This document shows positions 1-8,582 of a stretch of DNA of 64,000 nucleotides, piece by piece. The position numbers and the translations under genes are program-made. How positions within the stretch are numbered: position 1 is the first letter of the stretch; each line of letters begins with the position of its first letter. Source of the DNA: a virus; the IMG/VR virus record IMGVR_UViG_3300035232_000453. One strand, 5' to 3'. Below the pieces are notes generated by a model, which was not told where the DNA came from, did not search any database, and saw nothing but the letters and a program-made list of their open reading frames with translations.

Positions 1-1
1 C

Positions 2-241
2 CTATCTAATACTAAAGAACGAGTTAAATTTTTAGAGTTAGGTGAAGAATGGTGGTGGGAAACAAATAGAAAACTACCTATAAACATTGCATTAATTAAT
101 AGATGGAACTTTGCTCATTGTGTAATGAGTTTTAATGTCAAACAATTGGATATAGTAGCAGGGCCTGAAGTTAGATTAAGTAATAGTATCACTAAACGTA
201 TAAAACGTAGAAGTATTAATCTTGTAAAGAAAAACCAGTAG
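2..241 (+). CDS. 3' part of a phage hypothetical protein (5'-truncated by the window; not in the ORF track)
   Basis: Frame 2 is open from base 2 to TAG at 239-241: LSNTKERVKFLELGEEWWWETNRKLPINI...KRIKRRSINLVKKNQ. It overlaps the convergent DnaE-like gene by 26 bp. Confidence 0.7.
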   Translation, partial: LSNTKERVKFLELGEEWWWETNRKLPINIALINRWNFAHCVMSFNVKQLDIVAGPEVRLSNSITKRIKRRSINLVKKNQ

Positions 242-803
242 CTAACATATTTAATTGTAATACAATAGCCATTGCATATGCGTGAGCATGTGCTTTTTTA
301 AAGAAGTAATCATCGTTAGTTGGTTTTACCCATACATCTTTATTAATAGTATCCCAATCCTTACCTATCAAATGTCTTTTAGCAGGGCGTATTACTGCTA
401 ACACGGCTGCAAGTTGAGATACACTTGCTGGTTTCATTTGGCTTACAATATTATGATGTTTGTGAATGTGAAAACATTGTTCAACTACTTCTTTGTGTTC
501 TAACAATTCCCACATAGGTTCTTTGTCAAGTAATTCTACTAATTGCTTTTTAGTTTTAATATTTTTATACAAACTAACATTCAGAACATCGATTTTAAAG
601 TAGCCCATTTTTTCTGCTTCTTTATGATCTATTGTACTAAGTCCACTAAATGGATTACTTGGAATATCGTGAAAGTATACACCCGTATTATGCTTTACTT
701 GTTTATTATTATCTCTGGCAATCATTGCTGGTATGCCTTTAATTATTTTTAACAACTGATCTCTGTCAGCAATGTCAATGTCGATATCTGTATTTACTAT
801 CAT
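216..803 (-). CDS. Miniature DnaE (Pol III alpha)-like polymerase core, ~195 aa
   Basis: Colinear C-family motifs: DIDID, KHNTGVY, GYFKIDVL, AVIRP, FKKAHAHAYA. Start placed at ATG 803 (ATGA overlap with the upstream stop, AGGA upstream). Confidence 0.75.
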   Translation of the reverse strand: MIVNTDIDIDIADRDQLLKIIKGIPAMIARDNNKQVKHNTGVYFHDIPSNPFSGLSTIDHKEAEKMGYFKIDVLNVSLYKNIKTKKQLVELLDKEPMWELLEHKEVVEQCFHIHKHHNIVSQMKPASVSQLAAVLAVIRPAKRHLIGKDWDTINKDVWVKPTNDDYFFKKAHAHAYAMAIVLQLNMLATGFSLQD

Positions 804-1471
804 ATTCCTGCTTGCTCCAATATTCCTTCTACCCACCTAGTATCTTGTGGGTTAACGCTCATAGTACGTTGCCAGTAATCTATTTCTAAATAGTCTGTTA
901 TCATTTTTAATTGTTCACCGTTGAACCTGTCAATAAGTCCTTGTGCTTCTGTGCTGTTAAATAATACCCACGGTGATATCTTTCCACTACAAATATGAAA
1001 CACTGCTAAACTTGGTGCAATGTCATTAAAGTATCTATTGTATGTTGTATTGTTTTCTTCAGCCCAAGTTTGTAAAAATAATATTGTGCGTTCTACACCT
1101 CTGTCAACTGATTCAGTTTTTAAACGCTCTTTCATCCATCTTGTAAATTGCCTATCCTTGCCCCATATATCAAGTCGCACACTGTTCTTTATTAACCAAG
1201 TGGTATAACCCGGTACATCATCGATCCCAATGTCGCGACAGTAATAACCAAACTTGCAAAAACTAATATAATATTGGCTTTTTGCAAAATCTTCGTAAGT
1301 TTTATCATTTTTTGAATTTGTCCCTATCTTATAAAATAATTGATATGCTCTAAATCCAAGTTGCACATGCTTCTCGTCTTTTTGCATAAACCTTCTTTTT
1401 TGTTCGCACAGATGTACTGCTAATGTGTTTTCTTTCTTAAAAGATTTACCACAGTATTGACATTTGAACAT
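800..1471 (-). CDS. Hypothetical protein with N-terminal zinc finger (CQYC-x12-HLC)
   Basis: 223 aa ORF starting MFKCQYCGKSFKKENTLAVHLC; translationally coupled to its neighbours. Confidence 0.7.
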   Translation of the reverse strand: MFKCQYCGKSFKKENTLAVHLCEQKRRFMQKDEKHVQLGFRAYQLFYKIGTNSKNDKTYEDFAKSQYYISFCKFGYYCRDIGIDDVPGYTTWLIKNSVRLDIWGKDRQFTRWMKERLKTESVDRGVERTILFLQTWAEENNTTYNRYFNDIAPSLAVFHICSGKISPWVLFNSTEAQGLIDRFNGEQLKMITDYLEIDYWQRTMSVNPQDTRWVEGILEQAGI

Positions 1472-1472
1472 A

Positions 1473-1934
1473 CTATTTTTTCAACAACTCTTTGATTTGT
1501 TTTTTATCCATACCGTGTTCTTCAAACAACTCAACAAAATCTTCTTTTGTTTTAGTACTAATAAAAATTTCTACTTCGTCATCATTTAAATGACTGTAAT
1601 TTTCTACAACCCACTTTTGTACTTTACTTTTCTTCATTGCCTTGCCGGGTGCTATCCAAGGATGAAATGTGCTTTTACCCAATCCTACTAATTGCATCAG
1701 TTGATACTGCAATTGTGGATGCTTGCGTAATTTATTAAAGTGTACATTAACTACTTCGTTGGTCCATTCTAAGTAATGCTCGCTGAACATCTTATCACCG
1801 CAACTACTAGTATAACGCATCAGCAACCATATGCCTACTTTTTTCTTTTCTTCTTCTGTTAAACTATCATACCAGCTTCTATCTTTAGTATCAATAGATC
1901 TCATTTCTTCTTTGATGTTTAATTTATTTGACAA
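1473..1934 (-). CDS. Putative clamp loader small subunit (T4 gp62-like)
   Basis: Size, replication-module context and NEVVN..HPQLQYQL...FHPWI pattern resemble gp62-type proteins. Confidence 0.5.
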   Translation of the reverse strand: MSNKLNIKEEMRSIDTKDRSWYDSLTEEEKKKVGIWLLMRYTSSCGDKMFSEHYLEWTNEVVNVHFNKLRKHPQLQYQLMQLVGLGKSTFHPWIAPGKAMKKSKVQKWVVENYSHLNDDEVEIFISTKTKEDFVELFEEHGMDKKQIKELLKK

Positions 1935-2145
1935 TGATTACTTCTCCTTCAGTTTCTATCCAAACCTTTGCGCCACATGATAATGGCTTGTCTGGGCTAT
2001 ATACTACTTTTGAATCACCCTTAATAACAACTTCGTGTGCGTAGTTATTATTTTTAGATGTTTTACATGTTAGTACAGGTTCTCTTTCGCCTGTCTTAGC
2101 ATTACGTTTAACAACGTGTTGATTAACATGTATTCTAGTCTTCAT
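1924..2145 (-). CDS. Small phage hypothetical protein
   Basis: MKTRIHVNQH...KPLSCGAKVWIET; the start at 2145 avoids overlap with the upstream gene. Confidence 0.7.
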   Translation of the reverse strand: MKTRIHVNQHVVKRNAKTGEREPVLTCKTSKNNNYAHEVVIKGDSKVVYSPDKPLSCGAKVWIETEGEVIIVK

Positions 2146-2149
2146 TGTA

Positions 2150-2650
2150 CTACCAAAGTTCGCTAATGTCAAGTACTTCTGGTAACTTGTTTGCTTCTTT
2201 TACAAATAATACACAGGGTGAATTTGGTTCATCACTTAATGGAACATTTAACAAATGTCCAAACTTTAGTTTAGGTGCATACCATTTTACATCTGTATAG
2301 ATATTAGTAATATTTACATCTAAATACTTTGGAGTAAAACCAGTTAATGGATTAAATGCAAATACACTAAACCCTCTGTCATTTAAACTCATTAAACTTA
2401 ATACTTCTGGATTACCGCATTCTGGGTCACAAATTACAATGCTCCAATCTAATGGCATAGTAATAGAATATTCACCTATTTGAATAACTGCCGCTGGTGC
2501 ATAAAAACTTTCTAAGAACACTAGTGGAATAAAGTAATAATCAATGTGTCCTGGATTACTATAATCTAAAATGCTGTATCTTAAATCGTCTATTGTTTCT
2601 GGTATGTCATCTAGTTCATACGTTTCATTCTCAACTGTTAATATTTTCAT
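2150..2650 (-). CDS. Hypothetical beta-rich protein downstream of UvsW
   Basis: 166 aa ORF with an AAGGA ribosome-binding site. Confidence 0.75.
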   Translation of the reverse strand: MKILTVENETYELDDIPETIDDLRYSILDYSNPGHIDYYFIPLVFLESFYAPAAVIQIGEYSITMPLDWSIVICDPECGNPEVLSLMSLNDRGFSVFAFNPLTGFTPKYLDVNITNIYTDVKWYAPKLKFGHLLNVPLSDEPNSPCVLFVKEANKLPEVLDISELW

Positions 2651-2659
2651 ACTTATTCC

Positions 2660-4111
2660 TTATTGCCAATCTACTTTATCAATCGTAAATGGATAGTTTG
2701 CTTCTTTATAAAACTTCTTACGCTCTGTTAAGTGTTTTTTACTGAATTTTGCTGAACTGGTAATATCCCATATTTGAACATTATCCTTATCTTCAGCTTT
2801 ACGTATTCCACGACCAATACTTTGAATAACTCTAACAAAACTTTTACCCGGTTCTATTAGTACCAAATTAAAGATGCGTGGTATATTGATTCCTACTGCC
2901 GCAACACCATATGTTGCTACTACAATTTGATTAGTTCCTTCATTGATATCATCATAATGATCTTTACGATCTGTTGACTTCATTGCGCCACTAACAAAGT
3001 TTGCTTGTGGAAGATTATCACAAATCAATCCGCCTGCTTTGATTCTATCTACTAATACAAGTGTATTTCCTGATTGAGAAACCTTTTCAATTAATCCACT
3101 CACATATTCCATTCGAGCTTTATCTGTAGTAAGATATGTTAGCTCGCTTTGGTAATTATTATATTCTACAAATTCTTTCATTTGTACAACATTAACATGA
3201 CATTGACTAAGTACATCCATGTCTTGTAGTTCACTTGCACTAAGTCTGTTAGTTACTTCGCCTAAACACGCTTGTAAACTAACCTTCTCATGATCCGCTT
3301 TAGGAATAGTTCCTGTTAGACCCCAACGCAATGGAATGTGTGCAAATTCTTTTGTTAATAAATCTTTTAACACATCTGCTTTAGCTTGGTGTACTTCGTC
3401 TACAATAACACAAGTTACATTTTCAGTAAATTCGTGTAAACTAAGTTCATCAAGTCCATCACGGAAACGCTTTCTAATACTATTCAAACTTTGCCATGTA
3501 CATATAGTATGGGTATGTCCTATTTGTTTTTTGTCGCCGAAGTAAACTCCAACGTCTAGTCCTAAGTTAGCATAATCATCAGCAGTTTGTCTTACCAAAT
3601 CTTTGTTTGGTACAATAACTATTGATCTTCCATACTGTTCTACACGTTCACTAAGTGCTGCAGTAATTAATGTTTTACCTGCACCAGTGGCAATTTCTTG
3701 TAAACAATGTGGTGTACTTAAAAACTTGTTTACAATAGTAATTTGATAGTCACGAAGTGTAATAGGTTGTCCTGCCATCTGATGTTTTTCTGGCCACAGT
3801 CTATTTTGAAATGTTGTTTCATCTACGGTTGGAAAATCAAAAGTGTGTACTTTTCTAAGATCATCAATGTCAATATGATATCCTTGATCCATTATAATAG
3901 GTAATACTTTGTCTAGTAGGTTAATGTATGTAACACCGCCTACTGTAAAGTAACTTTGACATCCATCCCATCTGCCTAACTTGTATGCTGGCACATGAAA
4001 AGCATATGGTAAAAAGAACTTTAATTCTTTTTCACATTTTCTACGAGTGTTTACATCAAGTCCTTCGACTTTACAGTTAACTTCATCTTTAAGAATAATT
4101 TTACATTTCAT
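2660..4111 (-). CDS. uvsW: UvsW-like SF2 DNA helicase
   Basis: LRDYQ Q-motif, ATGAGKT Walker A, DEVH, GLTGT, QSIGRGIR motif VI. Probable leaderless start at 4111. Confidence 0.9.
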   Translation of the reverse strand: MKCKIILKDEVNCKVEGLDVNTRRKCEKELKFFLPYAFHVPAYKLGRWDGCQSYFTVGGVTYINLLDKVLPIIMDQGYHIDIDDLRKVHTFDFPTVDETTFQNRLWPEKHQMAGQPITLRDYQITIVNKFLSTPHCLQEIATGAGKTLITAALSERVEQYGRSIVIVPNKDLVRQTADDYANLGLDVGVYFGDKKQIGHTHTICTWQSLNSIRKRFRDGLDELSLHEFTENVTCVIVDEVHQAKADVLKDLLTKEFAHIPLRWGLTGTIPKADHEKVSLQACLGEVTNRLSASELQDMDVLSQCHVNVVQMKEFVEYNNYQSELTYLTTDKARMEYVSGLIEKVSQSGNTLVLVDRIKAGGLICDNLPQANFVSGAMKSTDRKDHYDDINEGTNQIVVATYGVAAVGINIPRIFNLVLIEPGKSFVRVIQSIGRGIRKAEDKDNVQIWDITSSAKFSKKHLTERKKFYKEANYPFTIDKVDWQ

Positions 4112-4117
4112 ACTAGT

Positions 4118-4146
4118 ATAATACACTATTGTATAGGATAAGTCAA
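4118..4146 (-). promoter_or_regulatory. sigma70-type promoter for uvsW (leaderless transcript)
   Basis: TTGACT-17 bp-TATTAT, with ATG 6 nt after the -10 box. Confidence 0.55.
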
Positions 4147-4160
4147 GCTCGAACGCTTGA

Positions 4161-4490
4161 TTATGTTAGATATTTTAAAAGTAAATAAAGACAGAACAGT
4201 GTAAATGATATTGATACTGTTAATGATATCCAAAAACCATTTTGTAATACCATGTATGCAAAGATAGGAAAGAAAACTAAACTTACAACTACAAAGTAAA
4301 CTGTTTCCTTTGCCAGTTGAGCAAACACTTCTGGTTGTACTCCACTAAGATGCATAAAGATAACACTTATTACACTGCCCAATGGTATTCCTAATATTAA
4401 TGCACCCATGGTTGGGTTACCTTTTTCGGCTGCAGTTACTACACCTGCTATAACTAGCCCACCTATGATTGCTTTGATTAAGAATTCCAT
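4161..4490 (-). CDS. Small multi-TM membrane protein (DUF3147-like)
   Basis: MEFLIKAIIGGLVIAGV...GALILGIPLGSVIS, about four hydrophobic helices. ATAAATA lies 5 nt upstream of ATG 4490. Confidence 0.7.
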   Translation of the reverse strand: MEFLIKAIIGGLVIAGVVTAAEKGNPTMGALILGIPLGSVISVIFMHLSGVQPEVFAQLAKETVYFVVVSLVFFPIFAYMVLQNGFWISLTVSISFTLFCLYLLLKYLT

Positions 4491-4507
4491 ATGTTTATTT
4501 ATGTCAT

Positions 4508-4530
4508 AAAAAAAGCCCCGAAGGGCTTTT
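4508..4530 (-). terminator. Intrinsic terminator with UUCG loop after the AAA ATPase
   Basis: AAAAGCCC-UUCG-GGGCUUUUUUU on the minus strand. Confidence 0.85.
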
Positions 4531-4542
4531 CTAAATTTTATT

Positions 4543-5409
4543 TTATGCTCTACGCATACATGTAACTTCTGCAGTACGTTTCCACTTTTCTTCACCAAAA
4601 CTCTTTTTAAGATCTGCAAGTTTGGTAACCATACGCAAACTAATTTCACGCATCTTTTCTTTGTTATCAAACATGAAGTTCATTAAGTCTTCTTGTTCAT
4701 CTTGTGTAAACTGATATTCATTAAGCATACCATCTGCAACAATCTGCTTACAACGTAATACTTTTTCACGCATTGTATCCATTGTAAGATCTAAGTAGTG
4801 ACATCTTGACATAATAGCCGCTAAGTGATCTTTAATCTTACCACGTACATTATCAAATTTAAGGTTAGTAATAAAGATAACACTACCTTGGAATTCGAAA
4901 GTATCTGGAATTCCTTCACGTCTTAGCAATGCACTATCTGTATTCCAACTTAGTTTACGTTTCTTACAAGAATCAAGTGCCGCTTTAAGCAAGTTAAGAC
5001 TTGTCTCGTCATACAATACTGTATCACAATCATCTAATACAAGAACACTATTTTTGTCTGCGTTATTGTAAAGTACTTTGTACAAACCAATTGCACTTGA
5101 GGCACCTTTGATAACTTCAAAACGCAATTTGTTACCTGCTAGTGTATCAAACAAACTATTTTTTTCTAGTACTTGTTCAACACCATATGATTTACCAACT
5201 CCTGGAGGGCCTGTTACAACCATGCCACGCACAACACCATCAATTGACGCTTGCGTCATATCATCTAGTATACTAAAACGTTCACGCATACGCTCGATAA
5301 TTTGATTATCAGTTTCATTTGGATTGTCCTTCACATTATTAGGAAGAACTTCTACAATTGTCTCGCCTTTACGATTCTTGCGAGCCTTCTTTAGTTGCAT
5401 TTGTGCCAT
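4543..5409 (-). CDS. AAA-type P-loop ATPase
   Basis: Walker A GPPGVGKS, Walker B LVLDDCD, sensor IFITN, SRC arginine finger. Confidence 0.85.
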   Translation of the reverse strand: MAQMQLKKARKNRKGETIVEVLPNNVKDNPNETDNQIIERMRERFSILDDMTQASIDGVVRGMVVTGPPGVGKSYGVEQVLEKNSLFDTLAGNKLRFEVIKGASSAIGLYKVLYNNADKNSVLVLDDCDTVLYDETSLNLLKAALDSCKKRKLSWNTDSALLRREGIPDTFEFQGSVIFITNLKFDNVRGKIKDHLAAIMSRCHYLDLTMDTMREKVLRCKQIVADGMLNEYQFTQDEQEDLMNFMFDNKEKMREISLRMVTKLADLKKSFGEEKWKRTAEVTCMRRA

Positions 5410-5444
5410 TTATTAAACTCCTGTTTTTTATTAACTATACTTAC

Positions 5445-5473
5445 AGTATACAGTAAGACATCTTACTTGTCAA
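5445..5473 (-). promoter_or_regulatory. sigma70-type early promoter with palindromic operator GTAAGA-CA-TCTTAC (5453-5466) in the spacer
   Basis: TTGACA-17-TATACT; perfect 6-2-6 inverted repeat between the boxes. Confidence 0.85.
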
Positions 5474-5501
5474 CCTTTTATTTGATCTTTTATTCATAGA
5501 T

Positions 5502-5528
5502 TTGGGCCCAATACAATAGAGGGCCCAA
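5502..5528 (-). terminator. Hairpin, probable terminator after the HTH gene
   Basis: TTGGGCCC-11 nt-GGGCCCAA inverted repeat; the U-tract is weak. Confidence 0.45.
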
Positions 5529-5547
5529 TAATCTAGTTTAGTAAGTA

Positions 5548-5817
5548 TTATACTAATACTCTTTTTTTAGAAATAGTGTATTCGTTAGTTTGTCTACCAA
5601 CAACACCTGTTTCAACTGTAGTTGCTTTTACATTAAAACCTTCGTCTCTTAATTCAGAAAGTCTTGCACCCGGAGATGCTATGTCTAACTTGTGTCTCAA
5701 GTCGTCCATAGTAAAAGATTTACCTGTACCCCAGAATTTAGCTAGGATTCTTTGATTTTGAGTACCTTCTTTGAAAAATTTAGTACCCACTGCTTTTGTT
5801 TTTTTAGTTTTTGGCAT
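5548..5817 (-). CDS. Winged helix-turn-helix DNA-binding protein
   Basis: QRILAKF...FTMDDLRHKLDIASPGARLSELRDEGFNV...EYTI; basic termini. Confidence 0.75.
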   Translation of the reverse strand: MPKTKKTKAVGTKFFKEGTQNQRILAKFWGTGKSFTMDDLRHKLDIASPGARLSELRDEGFNVKATTVETGVVGRQTNEYTISKKRVLV

Positions 5818-5867
5818 TTTAACTCCTTTTTTATTAATTATAATAACTTAATGTTATTGTTAAGTAT

Positions 5868-5896
5868 AATATATATTAGGAAGTGGATTCTGTCAA
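5868..5896 (-). promoter_or_regulatory. sigma70-type promoter of the HTH gene (no operator)
   Basis: AAAAGG-TTGACA-17-TATATT. Confidence 0.7.
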
Positions 5897-5912
5897 CCTT
5901 TTAAATAAAACC

Positions 5913-6614
5913 CTATAATTGTAGGATTTTTACCCTATTTACAATGGTTTCTTTTGCATTTGAGTACTTTGATAACTCATGTTTGTTAACTGTACCACGA
6001 ATTTTAATAGTTTTATCCGAAATAATATCACTAATATCCGGTTGATCTCGCCACCAAAACTTAATAATATCCTTTTCAGCGTAAATTGTAGTAATCATAT
6101 AAACATCACTAGTTTGAATGAATTTAACATCTAGTACTTTTACATTAATATCGTATCTTTTACCACGATTGCCAAAATACATACTACTATGCTTTAGTGC
6201 AGACATCTTGTCGTCAACTGCTTCACGCTTTTTATCAATTACTACACTATGTGGTAAACTAGCAATAATACTTACTGCAAATTTATTAACTTCTGGGTCA
6301 GATAATGCTTTAGCAACGTTTTGCTCAAAATTATTGAGGTTGTTAGTCATCTTTTTGATCATTAACTTACCATTAATACTATCAATAAGATTATTAGCAT
6401 TTGTAATTTCTTCTTCAGAGAATGACATTTCTGGATCTTCTAGAATATCAACAATACAAGTTTTGTTATCTCGTATTTCAATGGGATTTCCAGATTCTGT
6501 GTCTGTATCTGTGTAACCTTGTCCACTACGAACAAATCCTTGATCGTTATAAACTAAGACTGCTGCACACATTACATCAATAACTGTAATAGTTGGCCAT
6601 GGTGTTTTTTTCAT
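5913..6614 (-). CDS. Hypothetical protein with probable C-terminal OB-fold
   Basis: C-terminal GNRGKRYDINVKV...IKIRGTVNKH...TIVNRVK pattern; GGAG upstream of ATG 6614. Confidence 0.65.
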   Translation of the reverse strand: MKKTPWPTITVIDVMCAAVLVYNDQGFVRSGQGYTDTDTESGNPIEIRDNKTCIVDILEDPEMSFSEEEITNANNLIDSINGKLMIKKMTNNLNNFEQNVAKALSDPEVNKFAVSIIASLPHSVVIDKKREAVDDKMSALKHSSMYFGNRGKRYDINVKVLDVKFIQTSDVYMITTIYAEKDIIKFWWRDQPDISDIISDKTIKIRGTVNKHELSKYSNAKETIVNRVKILQL

Positions 6615-6667
6615 TTGAGACTCCAGTGGTAAAGTTGAATAATTAAACATTTCCTATTTATAACTAT

Positions 6668-6696
6668 AGTATACAGCAAGATGTCTTACTTGTCAA
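6668..6696 (-). promoter_or_regulatory. sigma70-type early promoter with operator (6676-6689)
   Basis: TTGACA-AGTAAGACATCTTGCTG-TATACT. Confidence 0.85.
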
Positions 6697-6701
6697 CCTT
6701 T

Positions 6702-7160
6702 TTATAGTGAAATATCTTCTAAACCTGCTGCACGTAATTTAACAACATTATTAATTTGGAATTGTTTGGCTTCTAATGCCTTAATAATGCCTATGTATTT
6801 GTTTCTTACCAAACTAAAATCGTTGATAAGATATTGTAAATCTACTACATCTTGCTCGCCGTCAACAAACTTGTCTGCATCACGCGAGCTAAGTGCTTTA
6901 TTGTAGTTTTCTAGAAACTTACGAAATGTTTTGGATCGTAATGTACGCATTTCAGTATGTAGAAACTCAAGTATTGCTTCTACTTCTTGTAATTGATTAA
7001 ATCGATGTTCTACAATACCAGGCATATCTCTGCTCTGCTTTTCTAGTACACCTTTCATACTACACTCAAATCGTGCTTCATCAATTTGCTTTTCATAATG
7101 AGAGATAGCCGCAACTATCTCTCCTAAATTTGCTGTAACTTTACGATACCATACACTCAT
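6702..7160 (-). CDS. uvsY: UvsY-like recombination mediator
   Basis: Helical 152 aa protein ending KALEAKQFQINNVVKLRAAG; located next to uvsX. Confidence 0.75.
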   Translation of the reverse strand: MSVWYRKVTANLGEIVAAISHYEKQIDEARFECSMKGVLEKQSRDMPGIVEHRFNQLQEVEAILEFLHTEMRTLRSKTFRKFLENYNKALSSRDADKFVDGEQDVVDLQYLINDFSLVRNKYIGIIKALEAKQFQINNVVKLRAAGLEDISL

Positions 7161-7429
7161 TAGTATTCTAACTCCTCGTCATCTTCGTTGTATTCGTCAA
7201 AAACATCTTCTTCTTCTTCTTCTTGCGATAAGTGTTCTTCAAGTGCCTCACCTAAGTATTCGCAATGATCAGATATTTCTTTATATGCCGGTTTTAGTTC
7301 AAACCCGAAGTCGAGAAGCTGGTATATTGTTCTTCGAGCAAAGTCTGGTTTATCTTTATCAGCTATAAAGTTTGATGCTTCATCGTATAAATTAAAAATA
7401 AACTCAAAATCTCCTTCATCAAGATTCAT
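7160..7429 (-). CDS. Acidic hypothetical protein
   Basis: 89 aa ORF coupled between uvsX and uvsY. Confidence 0.7.
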   Translation of the reverse strand: MNLDEGDFEFIFNLYDEASNFIADKDKPDFARRTIYQLLDFGFELKPAYKEISDHCEYLGEALEEHLSQEEEEEDVFDEYNEDDEELEY

Positions 7430-8522
7430 TTACCACCTCCGTTGTATTTTCTTCAATGTTATCCATAATTTCTTCTTCTGCATCAGCTACATCATTGTCA
7501 TATTCTGACATGACGATATCCAATGCGCCGTCCTTATTTGCATTCCAAGGTTTACGGAACATTTTAATTACTTCACCTGTTACCGGGCTAATGTATTCTA
7601 AACTGTTTCCACTTTTCTTTAACAAACCTTTTGCTTCAAAGAAGTCAGTCAAGCCACTGTATGGGCTCATACCTGTTTCATATGGGATTTCAACTTGTAC
7701 ACTTTCAAATGGTTTAGCGTAACGAGATTTCATTACTTTACATGCTGCTCTAATACCAAATACTTGTGATGTTTTGTTACCGTCTGCATCAACTTTTAGT
7801 TTAAGTTTACGCATTGCAATAACAATACTTGATGCATAGATAAAGCCTTGTCCACCTGAGATCTTATCATCTGGATCAAACATATCTTGCGATGCATATG
7901 TATGGTTAGTTGCTAGTAGTCCTACATTGTACTGTCCAAACATATTAACTGTGTTACGAACTAATGAAGTTAGTGCTTTAGGCTTACGACCCATATCACC
8001 TTTCATATCACCTTTGTTAAACTGATCAACATCAGTAGGTGTTAGTAACATACCCAACGAGTCAACTACAAACAATACCTTAGGTCTGTCTTCGTCTTCT
8101 GCTTCGGCGTATTCTGCCTTGTAATCCTTCATAAAGTCACTAATTGTTTTAGCAACATCATCAATCATACTCATGTTAAGTTTTAATAGTTTTTCTGGTG
8201 TAGTATCTACATTCAGTGCGTGTAGCCATTTCTCATCTAATGCATTTTCTGTGTCAATTAGAATAACAAATATGCCTTGTTCTTGTGCTGATCTAACTAC
8301 ATTACCTGCCGCGATAAACGATTTACCTGCGCCTGATTCTCCTGCTAGAACAGTTACCTTACCTAGTGGAATTCCTTTGTCAAATTCGTTACTGATAAGT
8401 TTGTTTAGTGTGTAATTTCCTGTACTAATCCAAGTGTCAGGGTCATTGAAGCCTACGCTTAACCCAGGAACACTTTTAGTAATAGCTTTTCGGAATTTAC
8501 TTACGTCAAATGGTCTTGCCAT
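7419..8522 (-). CDS. uvsX: UvsX/RecA-like recombinase
   Basis: GESGAGKS, IDTENA, VVDSLG, NHTY, SGGQG motifs. Confidence 0.92.
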   Translation of the reverse strand: MARPFDVSKFRKAITKSVPGLSVGFNDPDTWISTGNYTLNKLISNEFDKGIPLGKVTVLAGESGAGKSFIAAGNVVRSAQEQGIFVILIDTENALDEKWLHALNVDTTPEKLLKLNMSMIDDVAKTISDFMKDYKAEYAEAEDEDRPKVLFVVDSLGMLLTPTDVDQFNKGDMKGDMGRKPKALTSLVRNTVNMFGQYNVGLLATNHTYASQDMFDPDDKISGGQGFIYASSIVIAMRKLKLKVDADGNKTSQVFGIRAACKVMKSRYAKPFESVQVEIPYETGMSPYSGLTDFFEAKGLLKKSGNSLEYISPVTGEVIKMFRKPWNANKDGALDIVMSEYDNDVADAEEEIMDNIEENTTEVVNES

Positions 8523-8582
8523 AATGTTTTTTCTCCTATGTTAAAGTGAGGGCACTAAGGACCCCCACTCAATTTATATTAC

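Noticed and set aside
4491-4670. N-terminal extensions in the ORF track (e.g. starts at 4670, 836, 12636, 54072, 54411, 40375, 27334)
   Set aside because: They overlap upstream genes, terminators or promoters; downstream ATGs with an SD or promoter context fit better.
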